Notes: generated by a model not told the origin, from the letters alone. 64,000 nucleotides of DNA from Eledone cirrhosa (GCA_964016885.1 OZ024750.1:25730001-25794000); one strand, 5' to 3'. Positions 40,332 through 54,961 are shown, counted from the first letter of the stretch. Made by a program: numbers and translations.

Positions 40332-42345
40332 AAGTCAAGACTGTGGTACTTATTAACAGCTAGGGTAACAGTGTATGTTAACAAGTCAAGACTGTGGTAC
40401 TTATTATCAGCTAGGGTAACAGTGTATGTTAACAAGTCAAGACTGTGGTACTTATTATCAGCTAGGGTAACAGTGTATGTTAACAAGTCAAGACTGTGGT
40501 ACTTATTAACAACTAGGGTAACAGTGTATGTTAACAAGTCAAGACTGTGGTACTTATTAACAACTAGGGTAACAGTGTATGTTAACAAGTCAAGACTGTG
40601 GTACTTATTAACAACTAGGGTAACAGTGTATGTTAACAAGTCAAGACTGTGGTACTTATTAACAACTAGGGTAACAGTGTATGTTAACAAGTCAAGACTG
40701 TGGTACTTATTAACAACTAGGGTAACAGTGTATGTTAACAAGTTAAGACTGTGGTACTTATTAACAACTAGGGTAACAGTGTATGTTAACAAGTCAAGAC
40801 TGTGGTACTTATTAACAACTAGGGTAACAGTGTATGTTAACAAGTCAAGACTGTGGTACTTATTAACAACTAGGGTAACAGTGTATGTTAACAAGTCAAG
40901 ACTGTGGTACTTATTAACAACTAGGGTAACAGTGTATGTTAACAAGTTAAGACTGTGGTACTTATTAACAACTAGGGTAACAGTGTATGTTAACAAGTCA
41001 AGACTGTGGTACTTATTAACAACTAGGGTAACAGTGTATGTTAACAAGTCAAGACTGTGGTACTTATTAACAACTAGGGTAACAGTGTATGTTAACAAGT
41101 CAAGACTGTGGTACTTATACAGCTGTATGTTAACAAGTCAAGACTGTGGTACTTATTAACAACTAGGGTAACAGTGTATGTTAACAAGTCAAGACTGTGG
41201 TACTTATTAACAGCTAGGGTAACAGTGTATGTTTAACAAGTCAAGACTGTGGTTACTTATTAACAACTAGGGTAACAGTGTATGTTAACAAGTCAAGACT
41301 GTGGTACTTATTAACAACTAGGGTAACAGTGTAATGTTAACAAGTCAAGACTGTGGTACTTATTAACAACTAGGGTAACAGTGTATGTTAACAAGTCAAG
41401 ACTGTGGTACTTATTAACAGCTAGGGTAACAGTGTATGTTAACAAGTCAAGACTGTGGTACTTATTAACAACTAGGGTAACAGTGTATGTTAACAAGTCC
41501 AAGGACTGTGGTACTTATTAACAACTAGGGTAACAGTGTATGTTAAACAAGTCAAGACTGTGGTACTTATTAACAACTAGGGTAACAGTGTATGTTAACA
41601 AGTCAAGACTGTGGTACTTATTAACAGCTAGGGTAACAGTGTATGTTAACAAGTCAAGGACTGTTGGTACTTATTAACAACTAGGGTAACAGTGTATGTT
41701 AACAAGTCAAGACTGTGGTTACTTATTAACAGCTAGGGTAACAGTGTATGTTAACAAGTCAAGACTGTGGTACTTATTAACAACTAGGGTAACAGTGTAT
41801 GTTAACAAGTCAAGACTGTGGTACTTATTAACAGCTAGGGTAACAGTGTATGTTAACAAGTCAAGACTGTGGTACTTATTAACAGCTAGGGTAACAGTGT
41901 ATGTTTAACAAGTCAAGACTGTGGTAACTTATTAACAACTAGGGTAACAGTGTATGTTAACAAGTTAAGACTGTGGTACTTATTAACAACTAGGGTAACA
42001 GTGTATGTTAACAAGTCAAGACTGTGGTACTTATTAACAGCTAGGGTAACAGTGTATGTTAAACAAGTCAAGACTGTGGTACTTATTAACAGCTAGGGTA
42101 ACAGTGTATGTTAACAAGTCAAGACTGTGGTACTTATTAACAGCTAGGGTAACAGTGTATGTTAACAAGTCAAGACTGTGGTACTTATTAACAGCTAGGG
42201 TAACAGTGTATGTTAACAAGTCAAGACTGTGGTACTTATTAACAACTAGGGTAACAGTGTATGTTAACAAGTCAAGACTGTGGTACTTATTAACAACTAG
42301 GGTAACAGTGTATGTTAACAAGTCAAGGCTGTGGTACTTATTATC
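40332..42345. repeat. 51-bp minisatellite, about 39 units
   Basis: AAGTCAAGACTGTGGTACTTATTAACA(A/G)CTAGGGTAACAGTGTATGTTAAC. Scattered 1-nt insertions after about 41100 look like read errors. Confidence 0.97.
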
Positions 42346-42902
42346 AAACACTATAATGCACTGGGTAATTGCTGGCCTTGTGCCAAAAGTAGAAACAATT
42401 ATTACCCTGTAATTAGACAAGTTCGCAAAGAAAAGGATAGGAAAGGCCAGTTTTCTAGATCGGGCTAAGGAATCTGTTTCTATTAGTCTTTTTATTGCTG
42501 ATAAATACATGTTGGTCATAGCTCATGAACTTGAAAAATAGACACAAAAAAATCACATGTATATTCACAAAGGGTAAAACTTTCTGTATAACATATAAAT
42601 ACAGTAAACCACTACATATATCTTGGTAGTGTAAATTAGTTGTAATGCTCAACAGAATGTGTATTAGACCGTGCCAAAAAAAAAGCATATGTATGACAGC
42701 ACATACCTACATATGTAATATATTGTATGAAGGTCACTTTTCTGGTTTATAATGCTTTCAACTGCAAACGGCATGATATATTGAAAACATCGAGAACAAT
42801 TTGTTTTGTTCTACATGATGCAAAAACTATTTATTTGTTTGAAATGTCACTGGCCTGGAGATTGTAAAGAGAAAATGTAGCTACAATCAAATTTTCTTTT
42901 TA

Positions 42903-43370
42903 TTCGTGCCAACCCTTACCTATGGTCATGAATCTTGGGTAATGACCGAAAGAATACGATCGCGAATACAAGCGGCCGAAATGAGGTTCATTTGAAGGAT
43001 ATTTGGAGTAACGTTACTCAATAGAGTGCGTAGCTCAGAGATCAGAGAGTCACTCAAGGTAGAGCCACTATTTCTCCAAATTGAGAGATCACAGCTCCAA
43101 TGCTATTGGCAGTCTGGACATGTAGTTAGAATGTCTCAGGAAAGAATCGCGGGACAGATTTTACGGGCGGGCAAAACCAACTAGCAGGAGACTCAAGGGT
43201 ACACCGCGAACGAGATGGTTGGATAACATCCATGAGCTTGGCTGGTCTCGCTAGGGGATCCAACCGGATCAGTTGGAGACGGTTGCTTCTGACAGGACCC
43301 GGTGGAAGGTGTGTTTGAGAACTCTGCCACCACGACCCTCTCAGGAATAAGTGGGCGAAGAAGAAGAGGA
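42903..43370 (+). mobile_element. RTE-clade (Rex3/Expander-like) LINE 3' remnant with (GAA)n tail
   Basis: FVPTLTYGHESWVMTERIRSRIQAAEMRFI*RIFGVTLLNRVRSSEIRESLKVEPLFLQIERSQLQ...GHVVRM...RTRWLDNIHEL...DRTRWKVCLRTLPPRP, with a stop and frameshifts. Confidence 0.85.
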
Positions 43371-44419
43371 ATGAATACTGTGGCAACGTATAATTCGTTA
43401 GAGTTCAAACAGTGAAAACTAACAATCCTATCCTATCTTCTCCTACCCTCGGTCGTCCAGTGGGACGCCCCTACATTAACAAGGCTGACACCTTACTTTG
43501 ACTTCGAATACAAAACTAAAGCAAAATATATTTAGAAACAGTAGCAATAATTGAGGCTAAAACCGGGTGAGGGAAACACTGTACTTATGATGTGTTACGA
43601 ATATGTTAAATGTACCCAGACAAATAGAAAACGTGTGGACTGATGACCTGGATGTTTAACGTTTCATATCCCATCAATTAGATTTTCTGAATTTATTCTT
43701 ATTTTATAATTTAATAGAATTACAGACAATAAATCAATTCACAGTTGTATAAATAACATTCCAAATAGTGATGGAAATGTGAAAGAAAAAGAAAATAGAG
43801 TAAAAATGTATTAAAAAATCTTAACTTTCTATTACTTATTTATCTTAGCTCAAAATACGTATCAATGGTTAATAAATTCACTATTGTATAGAACAGACTT
43901 ACTATATAGTTATAGCATTTCATTAGTGTATGTTGTCAGAATTTAAACTCTCCTACGGACCTTGATAAGACAAAAACAACATCTCATCTAGTGCATCTAG
44001 TAACGTAGTAAGATTAACTAAATTTTATTGAAGTAAACCTCATTATGTATATGTTTTATGAAGTTTTTTTTTGTCTTATGCTACGTAATATATGTATTCC
44101 AGAAAGAAAACATAGTTTGTTGTTGTCATTGTAACAGATTTCTCTGATAACTGATCAAATAAATCACTAAGACAATCAGTTAAATATTTATTCATACCAA
44201 TCAGAATACGACAAAATTTATCGACTTTAATTTCACATCTTATTCTATAAAGCTTTTAAGAATTATTTTATCGATGAAATTTTATAAGATATTGTCAGTA
44301 TTTGATCTCAGTACTGTAATAATTTGAAATTACAATTTTAGAATATACATAGGCCTAATGCATATTTGATTTATCAGAGCCCCCCCCCCCAAAAAAAAAC
44401 AACAAAAAACAAAAAAACG

Positions 44420-44795
44420 TTGGGCAGGTTTTACGGGCAAAACCAACCGACAGGAGACCCTGGGGTAGACCCCAAGCACAATAACATCCATGAGCTGGCT
44501 GGTCTCGCCTGTGAACCCAGCCGGATTAATTGTAGACATTTGCTTTTGACAGCACCCGCCGAAAGAAGTGTTTGAGGACTCTGGCCTCTTGACCATTCCA
44601 GGAATAAGTGGGAAAAACCAACCGGCTGGAAACCCAGGTGTAGATGGTTGGATAACATCTGAGCTCGGCTGGTCTCGCTTGGGAATCCGGCTAGATTCAT
44701 TGGAGACGGTTGCTTTTGACAGGCTCGGCTAGAAGGATTACTTGAGGCCTCTGGTCCCACGACTCCCCAGAAATAAGTGGGCGAAGAAGACAAAG
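44420..44795 (+). mobile_element. Two adjacent 3' fragments of the same RTE family
   Basis: ATAACATCCATGAGCT..GCTGGTCTCGC and CAGGAATAAGTGGG match 43150-43360. Confidence 0.75.
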
Positions 44796-44803
44796 AATTT
44801 AGA

Positions 44804-44985
44804 TAATTGTTTCTACTTTTGGCACAAGGCCAGCAATTACCCAGTACATGACTGGTACTTTATTTTATCGACCCCGTAAGGATGAAAGGCAAAGTTAACC
44901 TCGGCGGGATTTGAACTCAGAATGTCAAGGGCCGTAACTCTATGCGTCAAAGCATGGCGTCCGACTCTCTACTGATACTGCCAAT
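44804..44985 (-). mobile_element. SINE family A
   Basis: Reverse complement of the family A consensus. Confidence 0.9.
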
Positions 44986-47047
44986 GATAATGTTTGAAAA
45001 TCTTGGCAGTCTTCCTGTCTTCTTTGCATGAACAATTCATCTTTGTTGCAGATGTTTTCTTCATATTCATGATAGGGCGGAACCATTTTACATCAGGTTT
45101 CAACAAAGGAAGACGAGATAAAAAAGCGATTTGCTTGAAAGAATATTTTGATATTATTCAAAAGAGTTTTATAAATTGTGTAGAAAACCACGTGCAGTGC
45201 TTCAATGGGTCAGGTTCCAGTTGAGACTTTAAGCAACTTATTTTAGTTACTGGTTTAATTAATTGAAATTATTTAAAAATTACATGTAAATTAAAATGTA
45301 ACACTTGCTTCTTTTTAAAATTATTTTATCAATTCTAAAAAGTGCGAATTAGTAACTAGTCGTTTTTTCTTTCTTTTTTGAAGCACAACATTCCCTTTTC
45401 AAAATAGATATACTTCATTTAAACGCCATAAAACACACCTGCTCACATATTATATATTAATCTCACTAACACGCACATGCATACACACATATATACATGC
45501 ACACACAGGCACACACACACAGACACATATACACATTGTCACACAAGCGCACATATATTTATATATACTCAAACACATGTAAATTCACATGTGTCTAACT
45601 GAATATGGGTACATATTGCAAACATTTCAGGATGTTTGACATGAATACAGAAATATCAATTACACACACACAATTAGTCTTAATATAAGGCATATGCTTC
45701 CACACAGGCTGTTATATGCCCTTTTTTGTAAAAGGTGGGCGTGTGAAAAAAAAGCAAACACCTTTGAAAACGGCTACTTATATATACATACATCTGATAG
45801 TGAAAATTGTGACAGAGTGAAAACAATGCATGAAAAAGTAGATTGTTTGAATATTTACTTTAATTTATGGTAAGCCTCAGTTAGTTTTCTGCACATACAA
45901 TACATTCATAGTTGCTTTCCTTCTTTTCGTGTCACCTGATGCTTTAAGAAGAAGAAAAAAACAAAAATCGTCACAACAGACAACGACAGGCAAAAGCACA
46001 TCAACAGTGACAGCTATAACAACAAATAGAACGAACACGACGACGACAACGACAACAACAACTATATCAGCAATAAATGCACCACATACAATAATATTTG
46101 TAAGACCAACATTCTTATCTATAGCTAAAGCATGTAAAAACAAAAAGATATATAACCCATGAGAATAAGAGAGTTTAAACCCGAAACAACAGCAAAGACT
46201 GCATGAAGATCAAGACTTTTACAGTAGCAGCTGCAATAAAAAGTATCAGAAACATTAACAACAGCACATACCAAATACAAAAGAATGACAGCACCAAAGA
46301 TAATAATGCTTCTTCCTACATTTTACTATTCACAATCAAATGTCATTTCTAAACACTTCCTCTCATATTTTCTCTCTACTATTAAAAACAAAAGAGAACA
46401 TTTTTAGAACGAACTAATTGTGAATTAACCAGAGCAAATAGAAAAAGAATATAATGTAAATATAATTAGAATCTAAATATTAATTATAATTTTGCAAGAT
46501 TGGGTATATTTAGAGCTTGAATTTAGTCGCGGGATATTGATTTCCACTAAAATATGTCCAATGCTTCTTTGGAATATTTGACATTTTCTATAACTTTTGA
46601 GTTTCCGTGTTCGGAGGATTTCATTACATTAGCTCTGTTGTCCTAGTATTGATGAATAGTTCAGAAAATGTACATAGTTTTAACTCTGTAATGTCTACTG
46701 AGACCCAACAAGTTCAAAATTACGATCCTTAATTTGTTAAACACCCAAGTCCACTCGCGATGGAATATATACCTCCAAAATATTTTTGGAGCTAGATTAA
46801 AGATATTTTTTTATATTTAAAATTAATTAAAATTGAAGTGAATAGTTATTTTTTATGTTTGTTAATTTAAAAATCTTTACTGCAGTCGCCATATTATGTA
46901 AAAGAAATCACATTTAAAGGAAGAACTGTGGCGTTCGATTTCAGTATTGCATAATTTTAAGTTTCTATTTTTTTTAATTTTTTAAATTTATTTAAAGAGA
47001 AACTTTCTACTTGAATGTAAAATAAGTCTATTATTTATTAACTGAAG

Positions 47048-47235
47048 GGGCGGTGGATTGGCAGTATCGGTAGAGGGTCGGACGCCATGCTTTCCAGCAT
47101 AGTTACGTCCCTTTACGATCTGAGTTCAAATCCCGCCGAGGTTGACTTTGCCTTTCATCCTTACGGGGTCGATAAAATAAAGTACCAGTAATGCACTGGG
47201 TAATTGCTGGCCTTGTGCCTAAAGTAGAAACAATT
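47048..47235 (+). mobile_element. SINE family A, full length
   Basis: TSD ATTATTTATTAACTGAAG at 47030-47047 and 47233-47250. Confidence 0.93.
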
Positions 47236-47969
47236 ATTTATTAACTGAAGTTTGACAGGAAAATAAATACTTGAAAGTTTGAAATTAGTTATAAGACAAC
47301 AAGTGGCTGCTATAGCGACACTAAAAATATAAATATTTGATGATTGACAATAAATAAAACAATTTCTACAAGGTATTTCAGATTTGTCCAGTTTTGACAG
47401 ACCAATCAATTTTCCATCAATCATCACGGATTCTAATTAATCTTGTAATATGATGTGTTCTACGAATATATAAATGGATTATGATGTGCGTGAGTCGATG
47501 ATGATAACTTTGCCTTTCATCCTTACGGGGTCGGTAAAATAAAGTACCAGTAATGCACTGGGATAATTGCTGGCCTTGTGCCAAAAGCAGAAACAATTAT
47601 CAAAGAACCACTATTAGAAAAAATATGAAACATTAGGTAAATTATAATGCAACTTGCTGCTGTACCCGGCATTGTCAGGGTTTATTATCAACCCAAATAA
47701 ATACAAGCCCAGGAACTGTCTATATTTTTGATATGTATACATAAAATGATAGAAAGAAAATAAGGATAACAAGGATATGTATTTCAGGAATAAGGAGGAA
47801 AAGGTTACCTCAACGGGATTTGAAATGAGTGGGTAGAGAGCCGGAACGAACATCAGAAACCATTTTATCCGACATTAGGCGGCGATTTGGCAGAGTCATT
47901 AGAATGTCGGGTAGAATGCAAAAAATCAAGACATTTCCTCACATTCAAACATATTCATTTCTCTGTTTT

Positions 47970-48237
47970 TACATTTACCCAAACCCTAACACCTTCTCCG
48001 TTTGACATTTACCCTAATCCTAATCTAACCTCTAACTCTAACACCTTTTCTGTTTGACATTTACCCTAATCCTAATCCATACCTCTAACTCTAACCCTTT
48101 CACTGTTTGACATTTACCCTAATCCTAATCTAACCTCTAACTCTAACACCTTTTCTGTTTGACATTTACCCTAATCCTAATCCATACCTCTAACTCTAAC
48201 CCTTTCACTGTTTGACATTTACCCTAATCCTAATCCT
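47970..48237. repeat. About 52-bp minisatellite with CCCTAA/TCCTAA/CTCTAA hexamers, about 5 units
   Basis: TGTTTGACATTTACCCTAATCCTAATC... with two alternating unit variants. Confidence 0.9.
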
Positions 48238-48297
48238 TCATTGGCTTTGACTGTTTATTGGGACATCACATTTTATTATTTTCCTCTACGGTCTAGA

Positions 48298-48473
48298 GGG
48301 CGGTGGATTGGCAGTATCGGTAGAGGGTCAGACGTATAGAGTTACGGCCTTGCCATTCTGAGTTCAAATCCCGCCAAGGTTAACTTTGCCTTTCATCCTT
48401 ACGGGGTCGATAAAATAAAGTACCAGTAATACACTGGGTATTTGCTGGCCTTGTGCCAAAAGTAGAAACAATT
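48298..48473 (+). mobile_element. SINE family A with internal deletion
   Basis: TSD ATTATTTTCCTCTACGGTCT at 48275-48294 and 48471-48490. Confidence 0.92.
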
Positions 48474-49352
48474 ATTTTCCTCTACGGTCTTTTCCCATGC
48501 CTGTCTTTCCTACAATCATTTCAGTGTAAAACTTCACCAGTTCTTTCTTTTTAAAGAATGTCTTTGTAATGTTTTCTCACCCTTCGCCCTTATGGCAAAT
48601 AAAAAATTCATTATTATTTATATTTAATGACAGAATAAATACTTGTTAATTCTCTTACTGAAACAATGCAACTTTGTTTATAAAATCTTTTTTTTTTTTT
48701 TTTTAATTTTTGGTTACAAAATAAGAATATAAAAAAAACCCCCATCATATACGAATCTAATCCTCTTAAAATGTCTCTTCTCTGTATTCTTTTTCAGCCC
48801 CACCAACCTCCATTTTCTTTCCTGTCTCCCGTCTTCTGTCTTTGGGTATATACGTCTCCTTTTTTTGTCATTGTACTTATCTTCATTATTGTTTTCTTCA
48901 TAGTTTTATTAGTTGTAACAGTAATTGTTATTCGTAGGAATTTTATCTATCTATTTATTTAGTTTTGTATTAGTTTATTGTCAGCGATAAATCTTATAAT
49001 ATGGCAGTAAACAGCTCTTCTGGTTGACGCCATGTTCTCTTCTTTTTAGTCGGTCTTTAATTAGGGTCAAAGGTTGTTCATGGCGTATTTTTTAACGTTC
49101 CCCAAGCTAAAGAAACGTGTTCCGACTGGTCTGTAAGAGAATGGCGACAGTTCTAGTCTACTTTGTAATTGGAGAGGGAAAGAATATTAGCCATAACAAA
49201 ACAAAAGTCTGTGTGTATGTGTATATCTGTGTTATAGTCTGTGTATGCACGAGTGCATATATATATATATATGTACATAGACACACACACACATATATAT
49301 ATATATATATGTAATATATATATAATGTATATAATGCATTATGCGAGTAAAT

Positions 49353-49444
<92 letters not shown>

Positions 49445-51564
49445 CACGTGCGTGCGCGTGCAATTATCCATATGTGTGTGTGTATATATGTATATATTTC
49501 TGATTTTATATATATATCTATGTATACATATAATTATAAAGAGTCGGAATCCCGACGTCTGAGCTCTTGCCATTTCAACAGCTAGTTCCAGCAAGAGTTC
49601 AGCCGTCGGTGTCCCGGCTCTTCATAATATAATCATCATACTCTACTACTCCCAGTATCGAGTACTCGATATATATACCTACATACACACGTTGTATACA
49701 TACACGCTGGCTCTTCAAGTATTTGGTTCAGAATCAGAATCTCTAGTTATCTGGAAGCCTTGGTTCTATTTATGCGTTAATGTTTAAGTATGTACTTCTG
49801 ATTAAATTCCTTAAACTAAATATTCATCTTCATTTACTTGGATGTAGCTAAGAAAAGAAAGGTTTAACTTGTTGTTTCCTGTTTAAATTAAAGCTTAGTA
49901 TTTTATTGTTTCCGAGGTCAACTTCGTCTTTCATCCATTCAAAGTCGATAAAAAAAGTAGCAGTCAAATACTGAGGTTGATTCTTCCTCTTTACATCTTT
50001 CTCATTTCCTTTCTCTCACTCTCTATCGTTCTCTGGAAGAAATCTGCTGTATTCAGACCTGGTGAGGAGATGGGCTCAGCCAGGTTTACATTAAGATAGA
50101 AATACCCTAGAAAAGCCGTATATCAACACGGCGTCCCTAGGACTCCCTCGCGAGTTACGGGACAATGCAAGCATTTTATTCTTTACTTTCTGATTACCTA
50201 ATTCCTTCATAAGTTTTTTCCCCTTAGAAGGTCAATATTCGTGCTAAATCTTTTCATTCGATTTAATTTATATTTAAACACTACTTTTATTTTCTTGAAA
50301 TATTGCTTTCAAGTGTTTATTTTGATGCGAGGTATTTTTAATCTCTTAAAATATTAAACAGCTTGAAATACTATCTATCTTACAATTGTTCAGAGTAACT
50401 TACCGTGTTATTTATTTCACTAGCTCAACGAATACGTCTCATAAATTACCTGTTTACAATCAGGATAGCAAACAAGGTTATACATTTATTTTGTCAGATC
50501 ATATTTAGAGATACAGACACTTTCATCAAAATTAACCGACGAAGGGTATATTAAAAAGTTGTTTTGTCAAAAATGAAAACAGAAAGCCCAAACGTAACAA
50601 ACAAACAAACAAAACATACGGCACACAAAAATAAAAGTATGAAGACCAATAACAGAAAATAGGACAAGTACATAATCAAGAGACTTTCCTTATTGACCTA
50701 AATATTTTGCATATTATAGAAGAAACAGAAGCCATGTTAGCAAAAGTACCATGTTATCTATACAGATATTGCATAGTAAATATTTCATGAAAAAAATCTG
50801 TACATTAGAAGATGGATTTGAAAAATATTTTACAGAAGGATTTTGAGAGAAGATTGTAAAATAAACTCTATAAAACGAAAAATAACAATTGTAGACAAAG
50901 TTGTATATATATTACTACATTAATATATGTTAATTGCAGTCACAGCTATATTTCTACATTATCAATTGGAGGCTAAGTTGTATTATCTATATATTACATT
51001 AACAACTGTATTATCTATATATTACATAAACAACTGAAGCCCGAGATGTCTGGAGAGGAGATGGGCTCAACCAGGTTTAAAATGCTCAATAAACATCATA
51101 TATCATTACAGTTCCCCTACGATTCCACCTGGAGTTACGGGTTACAAACAAAGAGACTGAGGTGTTTCATCTATATACTATAATAACATAATGTACAACT
51201 GGAACCTGAGTTGTATCTATATTACTATAACTGCATCTATGACACATAAAATTCTGTGTACTTGTTATAGCTTAATTACTATAAGTTAATGCTTTGTCTT
51301 GTCTCTTACTACACTGGACAGCGCTTTGGCTTGTGTCAGACATTATGACCCCGGGTGGACCAGCAGTACCGTTGGTAGGGATCAAAACTGCCAAAGTCTA
51401 TCTCAACGGCCTATGACCATGGAGTTCTGTGTCTTTCGTTTGTATTTTTATTTAAAAAAATGATTTTTTTAAGGTTTCCCCTTAAAAGAAAATTGTTTTT
51501 CGTTTTGCCTTTTTTTTTCGGTCGTTGTCTTAATCTCTCTTTGTTAATTTCCCCACGTTTAACA

Positions 51565-51870
51565 TCACTATAGTTATATCTGTATTACTACAGATGTATT
51601 TATATTGCTACAGATATATCTATATTACTACAGATGTATCTATATCACTACAGATGTATATATATCACTACAGATATATCTATATTACTACAGATGTATC
51701 TATATCACTACAGATGTATATATATATATCACGACAGATGTATATATAACACGACAGTTGTATCTATATTACTATAGATGTATATATCTATATTACTATA
51801 GTTATATCTATATATCTATAGATGTATATATCTATATTACTATAGTTATATCTATATATCTATAGATGTA
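51565..51870. repeat. About 20-bp degenerate minisatellite TATATTACTACAGATGTATC
   Basis: Direct reading. Confidence 0.85.
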
Positions 51871-51884
51871 CTACATATTAATAT

Positions 51885-52071
51885 AATTGTTTCTACTTTA
51901 GGCACAAGGCAAGCAATTACCCAGTGCATTACTGGTACTTTATTTTATAGACCCCGTAAGGATGAAAGGCAAAGTCAACCTCGGCGGGATTTGAACTCAG
52001 ATCGTAAAGGGACGTAACTATGCTGGAAAGCATGGCGTCCGACCCTCTACCGATACTGCCAATCCACCGCC
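51885..52071 (-). mobile_element. SINE family A, full length
   Basis: TSD ACTACATATTAATATAAT at 51870-51887 and 52072-52089. Confidence 0.93.
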
Positions 52072-54133
52072 ACTACATATTAATATAATGATGCAATATT
52101 AATGTTAACGGCGGGGGATAGGATCCCACTCTAATATTATAATGTTAAAACTCCCCCTATACCGAGACTGTAAAGTAGTTTTCATTCTCAGTTAAAGCTA
52201 TTTTATTTCACTTCGTGTAAAAGAGTGAAACGTTTTCTTGCTTCCATTGAAGACAACAATGTCATCATTCATGAAGTTTACTGTTCCAAGTTAAGAGGGC
52301 AATAAATTAAGAATCAATAAACAAAGAAAGGGGCCAGACTATCCAGAAGTAGGTTATTTATTTGACTGTAGCTTACACATGATATTAACTTCTACGTTAC
52401 ATTACAAATTAGTAACAGAAAACGTTTGCTAGATAACATATACAAGATTTAACGATATATCGTCTGTTTATTATTCTCGGGGAATTATTTGAGAATTCTC
52501 TGACTGGCAGTTTGTAGAAGAACATCAGCAATAAAATTATATTCGTCAAGTAAAATAGCGTAAACAGTTGTAAATATTTTTATTTGGAAATAATCTCATC
52601 ATACAAACGTCATATGTTTCTGTTCGTTACTCAACAAAATCTTAACCGTATTTACTACATTTGAAATTTTATTGAAAACATTATTTTGAAGTGAAGATTG
52701 AATCAACAAAAAAAATCTTGCCACACTCTTTTAATCGTATTTCTGTCCGTTTGTTTATTCACATGTAACGTATATGTAGCGACAGACTTCATAACATTTT
52801 AACTAGACATTATAAAATGATAAGTGAATAGGTCTTTAAAATATCGCCATAACGAGATTTTATGAACAAAACATTACAGTTATTTGTTAGCTAAATTATA
52901 TTAAAGAAAATCATTATCATTTTATATATTTTTCTGTAACTTTATCGGAGAAGATAATAAATAATGAACTTGAGAAGTTTCAATAATTTAGCAGATATAT
53001 GAGTAGAGGCAGGATTCTTATGAGTTAAATGATTGCGAGGGCAAGACGCCAGCCTGTCGCAATTATTTGTACTTTGTTTTTACATCTGATCTCCGTGTGT
53101 AATGTTTAAGAACTACATTTAATTTTTTTTACAACATATTAAACTCATAAACTTTCATAATGAGAAGTTGTATACATATTTATAAATTTGTTGAACATTT
53201 ATTTATTAAAACTGGTTTTCTGTATAACAAATATATTCCCGCAGTAAGCATTATATAATCTGGATGTAAGTTGAATTGAAATTTGATAATACTTACTCAG
53301 AAACAAAGATTGTGACAGATCAAAGCAGTCTAAAATTTCTAGTTAGGGATATGTAAACTAGTTTAATAGGTTAAACACGGTAGCACAGTGCATACTATGT
53401 CAACCCACATACTCAACTACTTATCATCGTTACAATACACTGTCTTTTCTTTTAAAAAGGGAATGTAGCCCCGAAATTTCAAGAAATACACGGTAAAAGA
53501 GTAAACTGTTCTTTTGTTTTTTTTGTCTTACTCTAGTTTTCCTTCTTGTTTGGAGTCCAGGACTGCTATGCCATATATACCAGGAATACCCGAATGTATG
53601 AAAAACATTACAAATTGGGCAATTTGCATTGTGCTAATTACTTGACGTTGATTAATGATTTTGATAAATTAGTTCATGTTGATTACTGACACGTGGATGT
53701 GATTAAAGATAAAAATGATAGTTATATAATCTATTTCTACGATATAATTACGTAAATGTTCAGCATATGTATATGTACAAACAACACAGGATTAAATTAT
53801 GTGTAACATTGGAGAAATAACTAATTACACGGACAAATGTAAAGTTAGAATCCAGGAATTTAGGATTGAAAAGCTAACTTGTAACTGTAGTAACATAGCG
53901 GAGATAGGAAATGAATTATGTGTATGTTCATGCACCTAAATTTTAACGATTTATAGACAATTATACAGGTTGAGCATACAGTATTTCCCTGATCATAAAA
54001 TACCATATCTCGGATACTATTTGAGATTTTACTATTTTATTGTTTTAATTTATAAATTTCAAGTTTAAAGTTTTCCTGAACATGTTTGACATTTTCTCTT
54101 CTACAACAAGTAGTTGTAATATTCAGTAACAAA

Positions 54134-54267
54134 ATGGCGTCTATGAAACAAAAAGCTAAGTGTGTTTTGTGGTTTCACGAAACTTTAGGAGAGAATACGG
54201 ACAAAGTTCACCAGATGTTTAAAGCATCAAGAGCTGGTATGACAAGTTTAAAGAGACTGGCGGCGTT
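54134..54267 (+). pseudogene. Tc1/mariner-type transposase N-terminal HTH remnant (DUF4817-like)
   Basis: MASMKQKAKCVLWFHET followed, in another frame, by SPDV*SIKSWYDKFKETG; match to this domain recalled from memory. Confidence 0.6.
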
Positions 54268-54503
54268 GGTGACCTCAAAAGGGAAAGCCTTTATGCTCTC
54301 CCTGTATATAAATATATGGTAGTGAATTGGTAGAGTCGTTAGAACGTCGGATAGAATGCTTTGTGGTATTAGTTTCGGCTTTCTACTCTCTGAGTTCAAA
54401 TCCTGCTGAGGTCAACTTTGCCTTTCATCCAATCGAGGTCGATAAACAAGTATCAGTCTAGTACTGGGGGTCTATTTTTTCTCTATATCTCTTTCTCACT
54501 TCC

Positions 54504-54607
<104 letters not shown>

Positions 54608-54961
54608 ATCCTTCAAGTGAAGAAATCAGCTGTATTCAGACTTGGAGATTCTGTATTCAGACTTGATGAGGTTCACCAAGTCTTTAAAAATGCCCTAGAA
54701 ACGCCGTATGTCAATGCGGCGCCACTACGCCTCCCCCAGCCGTTACGGGACCATACATGTATATATAAATATATATACAAACATACGTGGTATGTTATAA
54801 TGTTGGATTATTTGAAATTACCGTGTTAGGAAATTTGGTTACGATCGTCTCTAATATATGTTATATATAACGCCAAAAGTATATATCTTTTGTGTGATAA
54901 ACTCCATAGAAATATTCCACCTTTCCATATACACACTTGCTCGTTATTGATTTGCTGCTGC

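Noticed and set aside
40307-41159. 263-aa and 262-aa ORFs on opposite strands
   Set aside because: The 51-bp stop-free unit gives 17-aa repeats on both strands; the frame is broken by indels further on.
43637-43672. GGA-CTGATGA...TCC
   Set aside because: No GAAA box and no helix III.
47970-48237. Interstitial telomere
   Set aside because: Only isolated CCCTAA-like hexamers inside a 52-bp unit, not (TTAGGG)n.
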